Shown one piece after another: positions 37,296-45,447 of a DNA stretch of 64,000 bases. The stretch is from an uncultured Bacilli bacterium (GTDB taxonomy: Bacteria > Bacillota_I > Bacilli_A > RF39 > UBA660). The stretch lies in NCBI GenBank assembly GCA_947632115.1, contig CANROB010000006.1, positions 3,844-67,843 of the forward strand. The letters are read 5' to 3'. Numbering within the stretch: position 1 is the first letter of the stretch; every line of letters starts with the position of its first letter. A program made the position numbers and the translations under genes. The notes beneath the pieces were generated by a model, which made no database searches, was not told where the DNA came from, and worked only from the letters and a program-made list of their open reading frames with translations.

Positions 37296-38573
37296 ATGAA
37301 AAATAAAAAATTAATCCTCTTATCAAGTGTTGTTATCTTTGCTATTACGCTACTGATTTTGTTTGTCCTACCATACGAAGGAAAGAATTTTAAAATTATT
37401 ACATCAAGGGATAGTGATGCTTACCAATATGCGAAAAAAGAATCCATCCAAGTAGAAGAGGTTGCTGATTCAGAAAAAGATTTTTATACGGAAAAGAAAG
37501 AAAACTTTTCTTATGATCGCTATCAAGAGGGGATTGTCATTACCGGCTATCAAGGAAAGAGCAAGGAATTAGTAATTCCTAAAATGATTGATGGAAAGTT
37601 TGTTCTTGCTATTCAAAAAGATGCTTTCAAAAACGATGAAAATTTAACCAAAGTCATTTTTCCAAAAACGTTATTGATGATTGAAAAAGAAGATTATAAA
37701 GAAATAGAAATTGCTTGTTATCGCTCTAGTCTTTGTAATGAATTAAAAGAAGATGATGATTTTAAAGTAACGGTTTTAAGTGATTCTGATACATATTCTT
37801 TTACAGATTCTTCTTTAACTTTTGAATATAATATTGGAGATTCTATTGAAATTGTAAAATATACAGGTTCTTCTTTAGATATTGTTATTCCAGAAACGAT
37901 TAATGGTTATGAAGTAACAGAGGTTCACTTAACCGTAGAGAAAGATTTAAATAGTATTTATTTACCAAAAACAGTAACCAATATGAGTCTTCAATACGCT
38001 GAAAAAGTTTATCCTAGTACTTTTTGGTTTACAGTAGTAATGACATTCATTAGTTTACTTCTCTTTATTGGGGTAATGATTTCTGCATCTTTAAAAGATA
38101 AGAAAGATATCTTCTATCAAGCTCCTATTATGATGATTTCTTATCTTTACTTAATTGGTATTTATGGTTACTCTATTTATGCAAATGTGACAAACCAAAA
38201 TATGAAAACGGTGATTTTGGTTCAAGTAATAGTCGCGCTTCTTTATCTAGTTTTAGCGATGTTCTTATTAGCTAGTAAAAAACGAATTAGAGATTATGAT
38301 GAAAAAATCGCTAAAAGTACCTCTTATATCCAAGATACGTTAGAATTATTGGAAGAGATAGATTTATCCAATTATGAGGAAGAGATTAAAAGAGAAGTAG
38401 AAGAGGTAAAAGAACTTATTCGCTACTCAGATCCTGTTACAAGTCCAAAAACAGAGGATATGGAACAACAAATTCAAAAAATGATTCAAGAGTGTGGAAA
38501 CGAAAAAGAGGATTGGGAAAAAGTCAAAGCGACGATTAAAAAGAGAAATCGTATATGTAAGGAAAGTAAATAA
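37296..38573 (+). CDS. BspA-type leucine-rich-repeat membrane protein with a cytoplasmic coiled-coil tail
   Basis: N-terminal anchor. LRR_5-like units (LVIPKMIDGKFVLAIQKDAFKN..NLTKVIFPKTL; LDIVIPETINGYEVTEV). Three further TM helices and a helical acidic C-terminus. The start is 1 nt after the upstream stop. Confidence 0.65.
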   Translation: MKNKKLILLSSVVIFAITLLILFVLPYEGKNFKIITSRDSDAYQYAKKESIQVEEVADSEKDFYTEKKENFSYDRYQEGIVITGYQGKSKELVIPKMIDGKFVLAIQKDAFKNDENLTKVIFPKTLLMIEKEDYKEIEIACYRSSLCNELKEDDDFKVTVLSDSDTYSFTDSSLTFEYNIGDSIEIVKYTGSSLDIVIPETINGYEVTEVHLTVEKDLNSIYLPKTVTNMSLQYAEKVYPSTFWFTVVMTFISLLLFIGVMISASLKDKKDIFYQAPIMMISYLYLIGIYGYSIYANVTNQNMKTVILVQVIVALLYLVLAMFLLASKKRIRDYDEKIAKSTSYIQDTLELLEEIDLSNYEEEIKREVEEVKELIRYSDPVTSPKTEDMEQQIQKMIQECGNEKEDWEKVKATIKKRNRICKESK

Positions 38574-38598
38574 AGTATATTTTCGAATATACTTTTTT
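38573..38598 (+). terminator. Rho-independent terminator closing the TIR operon
   Basis: AAGTATATT-ttcg-AATATACTT 9-bp stem followed by T6. Confidence 0.8.
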
Positions 38599-38643
38599 CT
38601 TTTCTTTCTTTAGGAATTGATATATAATGAAAATGGTGATTCT

Positions 38644-39243
38644 ATGGGAAAGAAATATGATAGTTTAAATCGCCTTCGTGAAGCGGGTATTAATGTTCAT
38701 GAATATCAAAGCCTTTCTTCTTTAGAAGAATTAGAAGAGTATGCTCATCAAAATCTTAGTTTTTCGATTCGCTTTGATCGAGATACCAATTATCATCAAC
38801 TTCCTTTTTATACGTATGATGAAATCAATTTTTCTCTTGAGGAAAGAGAAGCATATTTAAAGAGAATAGCAGAAGAAGCTGCTTCTTTAGACTGTACGAT
38901 GTTAGTATCGAATGGACATCAGTATGATGCAATAGAGCGTTGTAATTTTGTGATGAGAATAGAAAGTGATTCTTCTTTTTTGTTAGAATATGGTACAACG
39001 AAAGTACCTCTACGCAATATGTATGAATATCCAACTTCTATTATCCGTGGGACGTTAAGTGATGAGGTCAAAAATATGGATTGGATAAATAAAGAAAAGA
39101 ATGATTTAACGGTTAAGGAAGTAGAAGAAATTTTATCTTGGGTGATGAGACTTCAAATCAAGAATAAGACGATTGAAGGAACGTTATACGAAAAACCAGT
39201 AGGGGTAAAAAAAGAAAAAATTGTCTGCTGGCAGATTGACTAG
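38644..39243 (+). CDS. Hypothetical protein
   Basis: A promoter-like TTGATATATAAT at 38617-38628 overlaps the track start, so the ATG at 38644 with a GGTGA Shine-Dalgarno is preferred. No motif recognised. Confidence 0.5.
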   Translation: MGKKYDSLNRLREAGINVHEYQSLSSLEELEEYAHQNLSFSIRFDRDTNYHQLPFYTYDEINFSLEEREAYLKRIAEEAASLDCTMLVSNGHQYDAIERCNFVMRIESDSSFLLEYGTTKVPLRNMYEYPTSIIRGTLSDEVKNMDWINKEKNDLTVKEVEEILSWVMRLQIKNKTIEGTLYEKPVGVKKEKIVCWQID

Positions 39244-39256
39244 AAAGAGGGATTGT

Positions 39257-39652
39257 GTGAAGTTTGAAAAGTCCTGTGGGGCGGTTGTTTTTGATGAGGA
39301 AAAGGTTTTAGTGGTAAAACATCAAGCAGGCCATATTGATTTTCCAAAAGGTCATATGGAAGAAGGGGAAACCGAAGAAGAAACTGCTATCCGAGAGGTC
39401 AAAGAAGAAACCAATATCGATATTACTTTAGAGAATGCCAAATGTTCGATTCACTATTTACCAAAACCTGGTGTTCAAAAAGAAGTCGTTTTCTTTTTAG
39501 CCTATAAAAAATCGGGAACTATTCGTCCTCAATTAGAGGAAGTAAAAGAAGTTTCTTGGGTTAACTGTGATGAAGTGATGAATATTCTTACTTTTGATAC
39601 AGCAAGAGAAGTATTTCAAAAAATGTTACAAGAAAAAACTGCTAATCATTAG
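39257..39652 (+). CDS. NUDIX hydrolase
   Basis: Nudix box GHMEEGETEEETAIREVKEETNI. GTG start at 39257 after an AGAGGGA Shine-Dalgarno. Confidence 0.75.
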   Translation: MKFEKSCGAVVFDEEKVLVVKHQAGHIDFPKGHMEEGETEEETAIREVKEETNIDITLENAKCSIHYLPKPGVQKEVVFFLAYKKSGTIRPQLEEVKEVSWVNCDEVMNILTFDTAREVFQKMLQEKTANH

Positions 39653-39657
39653 CAGTT

Positions 39658-41532
39658 TTATTTTGATATCATATCTACAATGAGAGAACTTATCTCGGCA
39701 GGATTTTCTAGCGTTAATCCCTCAATTAAACGAGCTTGTGCATAAAGAATTTGAGCATACTTAGAAACTTCTTCCGGATTTTCTTTATAAAGACTCTTTA
39801 ATTTTTTAGCAATAGGGTGAGAATCATTGATCTCCATAATCGCACTTGCCTTTACTTTTTCTTCCGTTGGCATCGCACTCATAATTTTTTCCATTTCCAT
39901 AGAAACAGGACCTTCCGTTGTAAGACAAACTGGGTGATTCTTTAATCGGTTAGTGAAACGGACATCAGTTACTTTTTCTTTTAAAGCATCTTTCATGCTG
40001 GTGAGAAGGTCTTTATTAGACTCATTTTCTTTCTTGATAGATTCTTTTTCTTCTTCGGTATCCAAATCAAGAGATTCGGATGCAACATTCATAAATTCTT
40101 TACCATCATAGTTCATCAATGTTTGAATGACAAACTCATCGGTATAATCGGTTAAGTAAAGGATTTCGTATCCTTTTTCTTTTACTTTTTCTACTTGTGG
40201 GAGAAGATCGATTTTATCAACAGATTCTCCTGCGGCATAATAAATCTTATCTTGACCTTCTAACATATTGGCAACATATTCTTTAAAGGTAATCATCTTT
40301 TTCTCTTTAGAAGAGTAGAAAATCATTAAATCTTGTAAGACATCTTTATGAATACCAAATTCGTTATAAATGCCAAATTTTAACTGCATTCCGAAAGCTT
40401 TAAAGAATTTTTCATAATCTTCCCTTTTTTCTGCTAGCATGTCCTCTAGTTCTTTTTTCACTTTCTTTTCAATATTCTTTTCAATTAACTTTAATTGTCT
40501 ATCTTGTTGAAGCATTTCTCTTGAAATATTTAGGGAAAGATCACTACTATCTACTAATCCTTTGACAAAGCTAAAATAGTCAGGTAAGAGATCTGCACAT
40601 TTTTCCATGATTAGAACGCCATTAGAGTAAAGTTCTAATCCTTTTTCATATTCCTTCGTATAGAAATCATAAGGAGCATGAGATGGAATATAAAGAAGAG
40701 CGGTATAACTTACATTTCCCTCAACGCTTGTATGAATGGTTTTCATAGCGTCTTCATAATCAAAGAATTTTTCATGATAGAAGTTTTGATATTCTTCTTC
40801 TTTGATTTCCTTTTTGTCTTTTTTCCAAAGAGGAATCATACTATTTAAGGTTTCTATCTCTTTATGAGTCTCTTCTTTATCATCTTCGGTATGGATATGT
40901 TCTACTTCCATTTTAATAGGGTAGCGGATATAATCAGAATATTTCTTGACAATTCTTTCAATATTGTTCGTATCTAAATACTCACTATATTTTTCTTCTT
41001 CTGTATCTTCTTTTATCTTTAAAGTAATGGTTGTTCCAACGGAATCTCTTTCACTTTTCTCAATACTATATCCGTCAGCTCCACTAGATTCCCAAGTAAA
41101 GGCATCTTTAGAATCAATAGAGCGGCTTGTTACGGTAATGGTATCACTTACCATAAAGGCAGAGTAGAAACCAACACCAAATTGACCAATAATGTTGATG
41201 GCATCTTCCTTCTTTAAATTTTCTTTGAAGTCTAAAGAACCACTTCTAGCAATGGTTCCTAGGTTATTCTCTAATTCTTCCTCGGTCATTCCACAACCGT
41301 TATCAGAAATGGTAAGAGTTCTAGTCTCTTTATCAAGTGCGATTTCAATTTGAAATTCTTCGCGGTCAATATTTACTTTTTTATCGGTTAAAGACCGGTA
41401 GTAGAGTTTATCAATGGCGTCAGAAGCATTAGAAATTAACTCTCTTAAGAAGATTTCTTTATTGGTATAAATCGAATTAATCATTAAATCTAGTAATTTT
41501 TTAGATTCTGCTTTAAATTGCTTTTTCTTCAT
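39658..41532 (-). CDS. htpG: Molecular chaperone HtpG (Hsp90)
   Basis: FKAESKKLLDLMINSIYTNKEIFLRELISNASDAIDKL and GQFGVGFYSAFMV. The canonical start MKKKQF at 41532 is preferred; the track ORF extends to 41601, across the CIRCE site. Confidence 0.9.
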   Translation of the reverse strand: MKKKQFKAESKKLLDLMINSIYTNKEIFLRELISNASDAIDKLYYRSLTDKKVNIDREEFQIEIALDKETRTLTISDNGCGMTEEELENNLGTIARSGSLDFKENLKKEDAINIIGQFGVGFYSAFMVSDTITVTSRSIDSKDAFTWESSGADGYSIEKSERDSVGTTITLKIKEDTEEEKYSEYLDTNNIERIVKKYSDYIRYPIKMEVEHIHTEDDKEETHKEIETLNSMIPLWKKDKKEIKEEEYQNFYHEKFFDYEDAMKTIHTSVEGNVSYTALLYIPSHAPYDFYTKEYEKGLELYSNGVLIMEKCADLLPDYFSFVKGLVDSSDLSLNISREMLQQDRQLKLIEKNIEKKVKKELEDMLAEKREDYEKFFKAFGMQLKFGIYNEFGIHKDVLQDLMIFYSSKEKKMITFKEYVANMLEGQDKIYYAAGESVDKIDLLPQVEKVKEKGYEILYLTDYTDEFVIQTLMNYDGKEFMNVASESLDLDTEEEKESIKKENESNKDLLTSMKDALKEKVTDVRFTNRLKNHPVCLTTEGPVSMEMEKIMSAMPTEEKVKASAIMEINDSHPIAKKLKSLYKENPEEVSKYAQILYAQARLIEGLTLENPAEISSLIVDMISK

Positions 41533-41587
41533 GAAAAAAGCCTTCTTTCTAGTTGACTTATCAACAATACACATCTTACCACTATCT

Positions 41588-41614
41588 TTAGCACTTGTCA
41601 AGAATGAGTGCTAA
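41588..41614. promoter_or_regulatory. CIRCE (HrcA operator) upstream of htpG
   Basis: TTAGCACTT-N9-GAGTGCTAA, against the consensus TTAGCACTC-N9-GAGTGCTAA (17 of 18 positions). It lies 56 nt upstream of the htpG start. Confidence 0.8.
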
Positions 41615-41711
41615 AGAAATAATGACTAGTTTTTAAAAAGAAGAAAAGGCTCGCTTTCTCCTAAAATTTATGTTATAATGAGTTTAATAATAGGGTAGAA
41701 GGGAAGAAGAG

Positions 41712-43871
41712 ATGAATAATACGAATAACAATACAAATATTGTTGGATATAATCCCCAAACGGGCGAGCCTATTTATGGAACCCCACAACCTCCTTATGG
41801 GACTCAACCGGTAGGAAATACAGTAGTTCCTCCTCCACAAAACGGTATGGGAGTGTCTCCTTATCCAAATAATGTTTATGGCGGGAATGTACCCAATCAA
41901 CCATATGGGTATAATCCTATGGCAAGTCCTAAAAAAGGAAAAACATGGTTAGTTATATTGCTTATTATAGTGGCTTTTGTAATCGCTATGGTAGCAGTTT
42001 TTGTTGGGATTACTTTAGGAAAGAATAAAGAGAAGAATGTATCAAGAACACTTATGATTTATATGGTAGGTGCGAATCTTGAGTCTGAATCTGGGATTGC
42101 AACAGCTGATTTAGAGGCCATTGATTTTGCGAAGATGCAAAATGAATATGTCAATGTTGTTTTAATTGCTGGAGGATCTTCACAATGGTATAATGACTAC
42201 GTTTCTAAATCAGAGACTTCTATTTATGAACTTACTTCTAATGGTTATAAAAAAGTAAAACAACAAGAACAACAAAATATGGGGGATGCTAAAGTATTGA
42301 GTGATTTCCTCAATTATGCTTATGATCATTATCCAGCAGATGAATACGATTTATTATTCTGGAACCACGGATCTGGTATTGGTGGTGGAGAAGTAGATGA
42401 AATCTATAATGATGGCCTTTCTCTTCCAGAATATGCAGAAGGCCTAAGAAAATCACCTTTTGGTGATGATAAAAAATTAGAAACCATTATTTTTAGAACC
42501 TGTATGAATGGTTCTTTGGAAATGGCTAGTTTCTTAAAAGATTATGCTAATTACCTCGTTGCTTCTGAGGAAATTACGATTGGAATGAATATTTTTGATG
42601 TCCTAGATTTTGTAAACGATATTTTACCAACCGATAATGGATATGATGTTGGATTAAAATTTATTAATCGATATAAAGAGCAGGTAGGGGAAATTAAAGA
42701 CTTCTATGCGGAGAAAAATCACTATGATTATATTTATACTACGTATTCTATTACGGATTTAAGTAAAGTAGTAAATCTAGAAGAGAAGGTAAATGACTTT
42801 TTCACATCTATTAAACCTTCTAACAATTATAATACGATTGCTAAAGTAAGAAGTAATTTATATCAATATGCTTATAATAATTCTGGAGAAGCCTACTTTG
42901 ATATGGTAGATTTATACCATCTTGTGGATGGCCTAAAAGAATTAGAACCTGAAAAAGCTAAGGCTGTCTTAGATAGTCTAGAAGAGACAGTTCTTTATAA
43001 TTATGCTACGAATGATTCTTCTAGAGGAATGAGTATTTTCTTCCCATTTAATGGAAAGAAATTAGAACAGCAATATCAATTATCTCTTTATGAAGAATTT
43101 GATTCTTTGCATGGATATCGAGAATTTATTAAAAAGTTCTATCAGTTAAATAATGAAACAACTGGAAACAAAAATTTTTATACACAAACGGAAGTAGAAT
43201 TAGGAAAAGAAACAGAAGATGCTGACTTCCTATTACTTCTTACCGATGACGAAAAAGAAGAATATGCAAAAGCAGAATATATTGTCTTTAAAAAAGAAGA
43301 AAATGGATATTTCCAACCTCTTTATCGAGGAAAAAATGTTACTTTAGATGGAAATAATTTAAAAGCAAATATTAAAAATAGACAGTTAAAAGTTATTACC
43401 GATGATGGAAATACCTATACTTTGTTACTAATTGAGCAAGAGGAAACGGAAGAATATATTACTTATACGACCAATGTTATTTTGGAGGACTTTAGTGGTG
43501 AAGAGTTCTCAGATTGGAAGATGGATAATGCTATTATGACTTTGATTTATGATAAAAATACAAAGAAAGTCAGCATTGGAAGTCTTATGTTGAGTAATGA
43601 AGATGATTCTCTTCCTAGCAATATCATGGTCAATTTAGAAGATTATACGACGGTTGCTTTTGCTAATAGCAAATATAAAATATTAGATGAAAATGGAAAT
43701 TATACGCAGAATTGGGAAGGTAATGGAGTCTTAGAAGGTATTGAGGAAAAAGTAGGAAGTTTCCACTTTGAACTAGCGGATTCGGAAGATTATAGTGACT
43801 ATTATGGTATCTTTGTAATATGGGATACCCACAATCAAATTTATTATTCAAAACCTGTAAAAATGAATTAA
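41712..43871 (+). CDS. Clostripain-like (peptidase C11 family) membrane-anchored cysteine peptidase
   Basis: N/P/Q/G/Y-rich cytoplasmic tail, a TM helix, then TLMIYMVGANLESE, LLFWNHGSG (His) and IIFRTCMNGSLE (Cys), which resemble the C11 blocks. Confidence 0.7.
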   Translation: MNNTNNNTNIVGYNPQTGEPIYGTPQPPYGTQPVGNTVVPPPQNGMGVSPYPNNVYGGNVPNQPYGYNPMASPKKGKTWLVILLIIVAFVIAMVAVFVGITLGKNKEKNVSRTLMIYMVGANLESESGIATADLEAIDFAKMQNEYVNVVLIAGGSSQWYNDYVSKSETSIYELTSNGYKKVKQQEQQNMGDAKVLSDFLNYAYDHYPADEYDLLFWNHGSGIGGGEVDEIYNDGLSLPEYAEGLRKSPFGDDKKLETIIFRTCMNGSLEMASFLKDYANYLVASEEITIGMNIFDVLDFVNDILPTDNGYDVGLKFINRYKEQVGEIKDFYAEKNHYDYIYTTYSITDLSKVVNLEEKVNDFFTSIKPSNNYNTIAKVRSNLYQYAYNNSGEAYFDMVDLYHLVDGLKELEPEKAKAVLDSLEETVLYNYATNDSSRGMSIFFPFNGKKLEQQYQLSLYEEFDSLHGYREFIKKFYQLNNETTGNKNFYTQTEVELGKETEDADFLLLLTDDEKEEYAKAEYIVFKKEENGYFQPLYRGKNVTLDGNNLKANIKNRQLKVITDDGNTYTLLLIEQEETEEYITYTTNVILEDFSGEEFSDWKMDNAIMTLIYDKNTKKVSIGSLMLSNEDDSLPSNIMVNLEDYTTVAFANSKYKILDENGNYTQNWEGNGVLEGIEEKVGSFHFELADSEDYSDYYGIFVIWDTHNQIYYSKPVKMN

Positions 43872-43883
43872 GGAGGAATTTTT

Positions 43884-44963
43884 ATGAATGGAAATAATTA
43901 TAATTCAATGAATAATGGGGGAATGAATCCCCAACAACCAAATGGTATGCCAGTACAACCACAGCAACCTATGGGTGTACCGGTACAACCACAACAACCA
44001 GTAACACCTATGGCACAACCTGTACCAGAGATGCCAAATGCGTCTGTACCAATTGGAGAACCAGCACCTGAACCAGTGCCAGCTCCAGCTGTTGAGAATC
44101 CTACGGACGGTAGTGCTCCTGCACCTGCTACACCTACTACACCAGCTGCACCTACTACTCCGGCTCCAGTTCAACCAACACCCGTTCCTAATCCAACACC
44201 AGTAGTTCCACAACCAATGCCAGCTATGCCACAACCATATGGACAACCTGCGGGACAAATATCTATGATACCTTATCCAAATCAAATAGCTGGACAAAAT
44301 CCTAAATCAAATCATAAAAAATTTATTATAGCAGGAATTGTGGTAGCCTTAGTTGTTGTCATTGCTATTGTTCTTGCTGTGGTATTTTTAGGAAAAGATA
44401 AGAAGGAAAAACCAAAGACTTCTAATGAATATGAAGAAAGCGGAAGTAATTCTAATAGTAGTTCTAATGTTGAAGAACCTGTTGATGACAATACGATTAC
44501 CTTTGGTGGCCTTAAATTCCAAAAGGTAGATGGATATACATATTCTGTTGATGATAATATTTTAGTCATTCAAGGAGCAACAAAACAATTCCACATTGCT
44601 CTTATTGATGGTTCTTTCCAAACTTGGACGTCAAATGTTTCAAAACTTCAAAGTGATTTGACGAAAGTAGGTGCGATTGCTACTTATCCAATCCAAGGGT
44701 ACTATGATGGTAAATATATGTTAACTTCTACGTTACAGAAAGATTCATTGACTATGATGTATGCCATAACACAAAGCCCTTATACAGATTATTGCTTTGA
44801 AATAGCTGCTGTTAATGCAGCAAGCACTACGGCAGATTATAATCTTTATAACGATGCTGTTAAATTTCTTGATGGCATAGTAGAAGAAGGAGAAACCTCT
44901 CCAACCACGAAGGATACAAATTCTTTCTTTGCAGTACCAATTGAAAGTCAAGGAAATGTATAG
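43884..44963 (+). CDS. Membrane-anchored protein with a Pro/Gln-rich tail; function unknown
   Basis: About 130 aa of PQQP/PxP low complexity, a TM (FIIAGIVVALVVVIAIVLAVVFL), then a ~190-aa ectodomain. Confidence 0.6.
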   Translation: MNGNNYNSMNNGGMNPQQPNGMPVQPQQPMGVPVQPQQPVTPMAQPVPEMPNASVPIGEPAPEPVPAPAVENPTDGSAPAPATPTTPAAPTTPAPVQPTPVPNPTPVVPQPMPAMPQPYGQPAGQISMIPYPNQIAGQNPKSNHKKFIIAGIVVALVVVIAIVLAVVFLGKDKKEKPKTSNEYEESGSNSNSSSNVEEPVDDNTITFGGLKFQKVDGYTYSVDDNILVIQGATKQFHIALIDGSFQTWTSNVSKLQSDLTKVGAIATYPIQGYYDGKYMLTSTLQKDSLTMMYAITQSPYTDYCFEIAAVNAASTTADYNLYNDAVKFLDGIVEEGETSPTTKDTNSFFAVPIESQGNV

Positions 44964-44977
44964 AGCATTTCCTTTTT
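44952..44977 (+). terminator. Rho-independent terminator
   Basis: GGAAATG/CATTTCC stem followed by T5. Confidence 0.7.
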
Positions 44978-45016
44978 ATTTACACCTATGATATAATGAA
45001 CAAAGAAGGTGAACAT

Positions 45017-45403
45017 ATGCGTTTTGAAGATACGGTTATTTTAAAAAAAGAAGCTTCTTGTGTTTATTCAACATTAATTGGAAATACGTGGAGAAGCAAT
45101 GTTAAGACGATAAAAGAAGTAGATGATAAACATTTTATAGAATATACCCGTAAGGATTATCCAACCTTTTATACAGTGATTAAGAAAGAAAAAGATAAAT
45201 TATACTGTGTTGAGGTGAATAATAATAAACTAGAGGGGAGTATTACTTATCAGTTAAATCCAAAAGAGAGTGAAACTGAGATTTCAATTACTTTAACGAT
45301 TCAAGTTATCCATGATAAAAGTCCTTTTCTAAAAAGAAAGTTAAAAAAATCATGGCAAACTCTTTTAGAGGATTTAAAACGTTTAGATTCCCCTAATTTG
45401 TAA
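45017..45403 (+). CDS. Hypothetical small protein
   Basis: TGaTATAAT at 44989-44997 overlaps the track ATG at 44996. The ATG at 45017 follows a GGTGA Shine-Dalgarno. Confidence 0.5.
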   Translation: MRFEDTVILKKEASCVYSTLIGNTWRSNVKTIKEVDDKHFIEYTRKDYPTFYTVIKKEKDKLYCVEVNNNKLEGSITYQLNPKESETEISITLTIQVIHDKSPFLKRKLKKSWQTLLEDLKRLDSPNL

Positions 45404-45447
45404 TTTTATTTTATGTTTAGTATACTTAAATAAGATCGAGGTGTGAG

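Noticed and set aside
43905-44297. A minus-strand 130-aa ORF rich in Trp, Arg, Cys and Ser.
   Set aside because: It is antisense to the Pro/Gln-rich, locally GC-richer segment of the 43884 gene. The open frame arises because stop codons are absent opposite CCN and CAR codons.
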